64,000 bases of DNA from Octopus vulgaris (lineage: Eukaryota): contig OX597829.1 in NCBI GenBank assembly GCA_951406725.2, positions 5,890,001 through 5,954,000 of the forward strand, given 5' to 3'. Of the stretch, positions 59,683 to 64,000 are shown piece by piece. How positions within the stretch are numbered: position 1 is the stretch's first letter; each line of letters opens with the position of its first letter. A program made the position numbers and the translations under genes. The notes below the pieces were generated by a model. That model saw only the letters and a list, made by a program, of their open reading frames with translations, had not been told where the DNA came from and made no database searches.

Positions 59683-60006
59683 ACATAAACGTAAGCAATG
59701 TGTGTAGCAATATTTTGCCAAACATGTTTAAGAACACACATTCTTGGAAGTTTCTTTGTGCATGCTTACAGGGTTATTATACCATGCATAAATAAACATA
59801 AATCCGAAAAAGCCGCCATAGTGGATGTAATTATGTGTTCAGATATGTATCCTTAAAAGAAAAACTTCCTAAATTGTGAGAAGAAAGTTAGGCATTATTT
59901 CCTTTTTCTTCTTTTTGTTACTTCGTTACACCCACATACACCCATCCACATGTATATACATCTATTATGTATATATATATCATATGTACATTATATATGT
60001 GTATGG

Positions 60007-60043
<37 letters not shown>

Positions 60044-60408
60044 GACACATATGTATATATACATATGTAGATATATATGTACATATAGTTGTTTTTCTTT
60101 ATTTCTTTTAATTTAGTATTTATTTTGTTGTATTTTACCCTTTTATTTGTTTTCATCTATCTTTATTTCATGCATATCCTTTCTTATTTTATTTCCATCT
60201 TTTTAATTTTACTTTTCTCATTTTGTTGTCAAATTTTGTTGTTTTTCATTTTATTGTTTCACTTTTTAAAATTTAATTGTTATTTTTCACAGTTTAAAAG
60301 GGTTTCACGTCATTACACAAATGAATTTAAAACAAATATCTGGTTACCTCTGTAGATATTTTATTCATTTCAGAAAAAAATCATTATATATGTCAATATA
60401 TATGAATG

Positions 60409-60442
<34 letters not shown>

Positions 60443-60495
60443 CATACACACACATACACACATATATATATATAAATATATGTGTGGATGTATAT

Positions 60496-60562
<67 letters not shown>

Positions 60563-60881
60563 TATATATACATGTATTTATGTATATATATATATAGATG
60601 TACACATAATACTAACGTGTATATATATATATATATATATATACATATATATGTATATATACAATATATATATATATATATATATACATACACACACGCT
60701 TTAAAATATTTTAAAAATACTGTCACATAAAGAGATTAATCAAAATATTAGTAAATATTTTTGAAAGAAAAGAAAAAAATGTATGACTGAAAAGAAATTC
60801 TGAAATTTGTTTAATATTAATTCGGAAAAAAAGAAAAAAAACAACTGTATTTAGATTTTGTTAACGCATTTTGTCTGCGTA

Positions 60882-61110
60882 TTGGCTGAGTGGTGTAGAT
60901 TATGAACTCTAAACCTTTTGGGTCGAAAGTTCATCTCCCACCGTCGACATGAAGTTCTTGAGTTTTCATCCATCTCGTGGCTATTCGTATTGCTATTTGC
61001 GGCCCTCGCCTGGATCACAGATATGAAACCAAAATGAAGAACATGGCAATAGCTGATTAATTCAAGATACCGCCAAAATTTGTACTTGTCCTGTCTTGTA
61101 CTTTTTAAGG
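60882..61110 (+). mobile_element. Probable old tRNA-derived SINE of another family
   Basis: A-box-like TGGCTGAGTGG and a degenerate B box about 45 nt downstream; single copy in the window. Confidence 0.45.
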
Positions 61111-61689
61111 TGTTCTCTACTGTTAATATAGACTACAGGTGTAATAACAATGATTAAAGAAAAAAAGCAAGAAAATAAAGTATGTTGAAAAGAAGGAAAA
61201 GAAGGCAACATCTTCCTTTTCCTCACCCACCATCGCAACTGTTTAGAGTAATTTAGAATATCATCAGAATTTTGTGTTGGAATTATTTTGGAATGTAACG
61301 AAAATGTTTTTGATTCATCGCCATGATAGAACCCAAAAGATTAAATAAGAAAATAAAAATCCCCCAAAACATTATATTATTATTACTACTACTACTACTA
61401 TTATTAATAATAATAAAAAACATCTAAAAAGAAATATATGATATGGTTTCTTCATTATGTTTTTGTATTTTTCGTATGAAATTATGTTATCTTTCACACG
61501 CACTCCTACTTACACTCACGCTCATACAATTATAAACATATATAATGGTTTAGAAGTTTGCTTTCTCACTATATGTGCATTTTCTGGTATAAAGAAAACA
61601 AAATCGCTGTTTTTATCCAATGAAAGCGACTGTATTTGATGGAAAGACTGATGAGAAATTAAACGGAAAATGACAGATCGAATCCATGT

Positions 61690-62400
61690 GACTCGGGATT
61701 CGTTGTCGCATATCGGCGCCTGCATCGCATTGATGAACCTACAACAAAAGTCTTCCCGATCAAGTGCGAGTTATTCAGTTGCTTTGCCACTTAAGTGAAA
61801 CCAGCTCATGATAGTGTCCATCCATTGCGTTCTTTGCCAGCCTCTTGATCTACTACTCTCTGCGTCTTCGAATATGGCCATAATATAGAAGATTTTGCCT
61901 TTTCACAATTTTCGGGAGTTGTCTTTCACCTATTTATTTAACATCTATTCATTTATCCAAAAAGCACCCACATTTCAGGCGTATTGGTGATAGTTTCATC
62001 GAATTATGGTGTAAAGTTCATGCTTTACACCATAAATGCTATTGGCTAAAGGAGCACCCGCACTGGCCTTGATTTAAACCTAGTTGCACAAAATTGCTCC
62101 TCCAGATGTTATTAAGCTTTTCTATAGACGTTCTTGCCATGGCTAACCGTGAACATATTTCTTTCTTACAACTGCCTTCATCAGAGATTTGGGCTTCAAG
62201 TTACTTGTACAGTTCAACCTGTTCGAGCCTCTTACTGTACAGTTTTATGTTAACATTTACTTTCTGTTTTCTTACTATCATCACATATTTTCTTATGGTG
62301 GAAATAAAGACCAGACCTTCTCGACTCTTATTTCTCATTCATTGCAGTCTGGTTTACATTTGGGCAAGTAGAACAGTATTTTCTGCATACTTTGGATTAG
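61690..62400 (-). mobile_element. Decayed RTE/BovB-like LINE
   Basis: Minus-strand remnants RLAMARTSI and RSRGWQRTQWMDTI. Confidence 0.55.
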
Positions 62401-62644
62401 AAATATGCAAGACACGAGAATACTACAAATAATTATGACTTAGAGAAAATGCCACGGATTTTGAGGGGAAATATGTAGCAGAGCAACTCCTGTATACAGT
62501 TGGATGAAAAATAAATGTGAGTCCGGATGAATCTGAACTACGTCATAAAATTTTATTACTAGATGTAATGATGCGAAGAAAGATATAGAGAATTTTGAAA
62601 TAAGCAAAAGTGGCTTGAAATTTTCCAGAAGGCTAGTCAATAGC

Positions 62645-62790
62645 ATCTACACTAGTATTTATTTCTTCGACCTCGAAAAGATCAAAGACAAAGTTGACCT
62701 CCGTGGAATTGGAATTCAGAACATACAGACGGACGAAATGCTGCTAAGCATTTTGCCTGCCGCGCTAACGATTCAGCCAATTCGCCGACT
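62645..62790 (-). mobile_element. SINE family B copy
   Basis: Reverse-complement family B motifs. Confidence 0.75.
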
Positions 62791-63322
62791 CATATATAAT
62801 ATTAAAAAATAACCCTAGTAATGATATTGGGTAAACCATTTACTCAACTAAATTGCCTCTAAATTTTACAGGCTGAGAAACTGATTATAACTCACAAAAC
62901 AAAGAAATATTCCGAGAAATTTTAATCTATCAACTTTGCAATACAGCGTTAATTACGAAACGAAATGATTTCATAGTTTTCAAGACACAGGAAACAAAAC
63001 ACAAAATAAATAAAAGAAAAAACCCCAAATCATTTAAATAGTTCACGAAGACAAATATTCTAGGATGTTTCTTTCTCTCGATATATATATATAGATATAT
63101 ATATATATATATATAAATACATACACGCACGCACACACACACATATACATATATATCAATATACATAGTTATAAACAATATCTACATTGTGTGTATATAT
63201 AAAGATAGCATACAATAAATGCATATATATGTACAAAAGTTGTGTATATATGTGTGTGTGTATACTCACGTATATATATCGATATATGCATATATGTATA
63301 CATCTCTCTCTCTCTCTCACTA

Positions 63323-63374
<52 letters not shown>

Positions 63375-63375
<1 letters not shown>

Positions 63376-63530
63376 CGGGAAGCTTTATGAAAATAAACAA
63401 AAGACGAATGCAGGTGGAATACAAACAAACAATTGTATTAGTACGGCGCTCAGGAATATAAATATAACAAGTCTTTTACGTTTCGAGCCTACGCTCTTCA
63501 ACAGAAAGATACACAGAAAAAAACATAAGC
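63375..63530 (-). mobile_element. Penelope-like terminal fragment with variant minimal hammerhead motif (63472-63509)
   Basis: Minus strand TCTTT-CTGTTGA-A-GAGC-GTAG-GCTC-GAAA-CG-TA-AAAGA; abuts (TA)n. A related, internally deleted copy lies on + at about 50340-50525. Confidence 0.5.
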
Positions 63531-64000
63531 TATGTGTGCGTGTGTTAAAGTGTTAAAGTGAGGTCATCATTCTTTTAAGCCTAATTTCTGAAATATAATG
63601 GCACCTTTTTTCACACAGCACAATGATCAGAGTCGCTTAAGTCTTCTTGAAAAGCCGCTAGAAGTTTGAAGAACCGGTCAACAGGAACTTTATATTATAT
63701 ATATATATATATATACAACACCACACACACAAATACTTATAAATATAAATGTGTGTGTAATAGTAGAGTTTCAGAAGGACGGCTCTGCAATTTCTCTTAG
63801 AACAATCTGCATAGACGATCTGTTTACAATGTTCAAATCTTTTTGCTGCTCATTAGTCCACTCCCTCCATCAAATCGACGTGACGTGTAGAGGTGCACCG
63901 AATGACCATGTCGAAGTCATTGCGAAGCAACGTGAGATGAAATGGTTTACTCAAGAACACAAAGCACTACCGTTTCTGGAATTGAAGCCAAGTTCTAGCA

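Noticed and set aside
61648-61685. CTGATGA...GAAA spacing
   Set aside because: No stem II complementarity.

Overview
AT-rich, microsatellite-saturated animal genomic DNA, most likely an octopus (inferred from the repeat families and the (TA)n/(TAA)n density). The only protein-coding gene I can support is an Otx (orthodenticle) homeobox gene on the + strand. It has a homeobox exon at 45857-46011 and a terminal coding exon at 52841-53371 (K50 homeodomain, WSP motif, Otx tail). Its first coding exon was not found, so much of 1-45856 may be a very large first intron or upstream regulatory region. The rest is microsatellites, at least three tRNA-like SINE families, many decayed R4/Dong-like LINEs mostly sitting in (TAA)n tracts, RTE and CR1-like LINE ends, and mariner remnants. 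The most interesting signal is a set of Penelope-type fragments in or near (TA)n tracts that form long fold-back inverted repeats and carry minimal type I hammerhead ribozyme motifs. The best example has a complete core (34621-34678, + strand, the Otx sense strand) inside the loop of an 83-bp inverted repeat. Nearly all ORFs in the supplied track are microsatellite artefacts.
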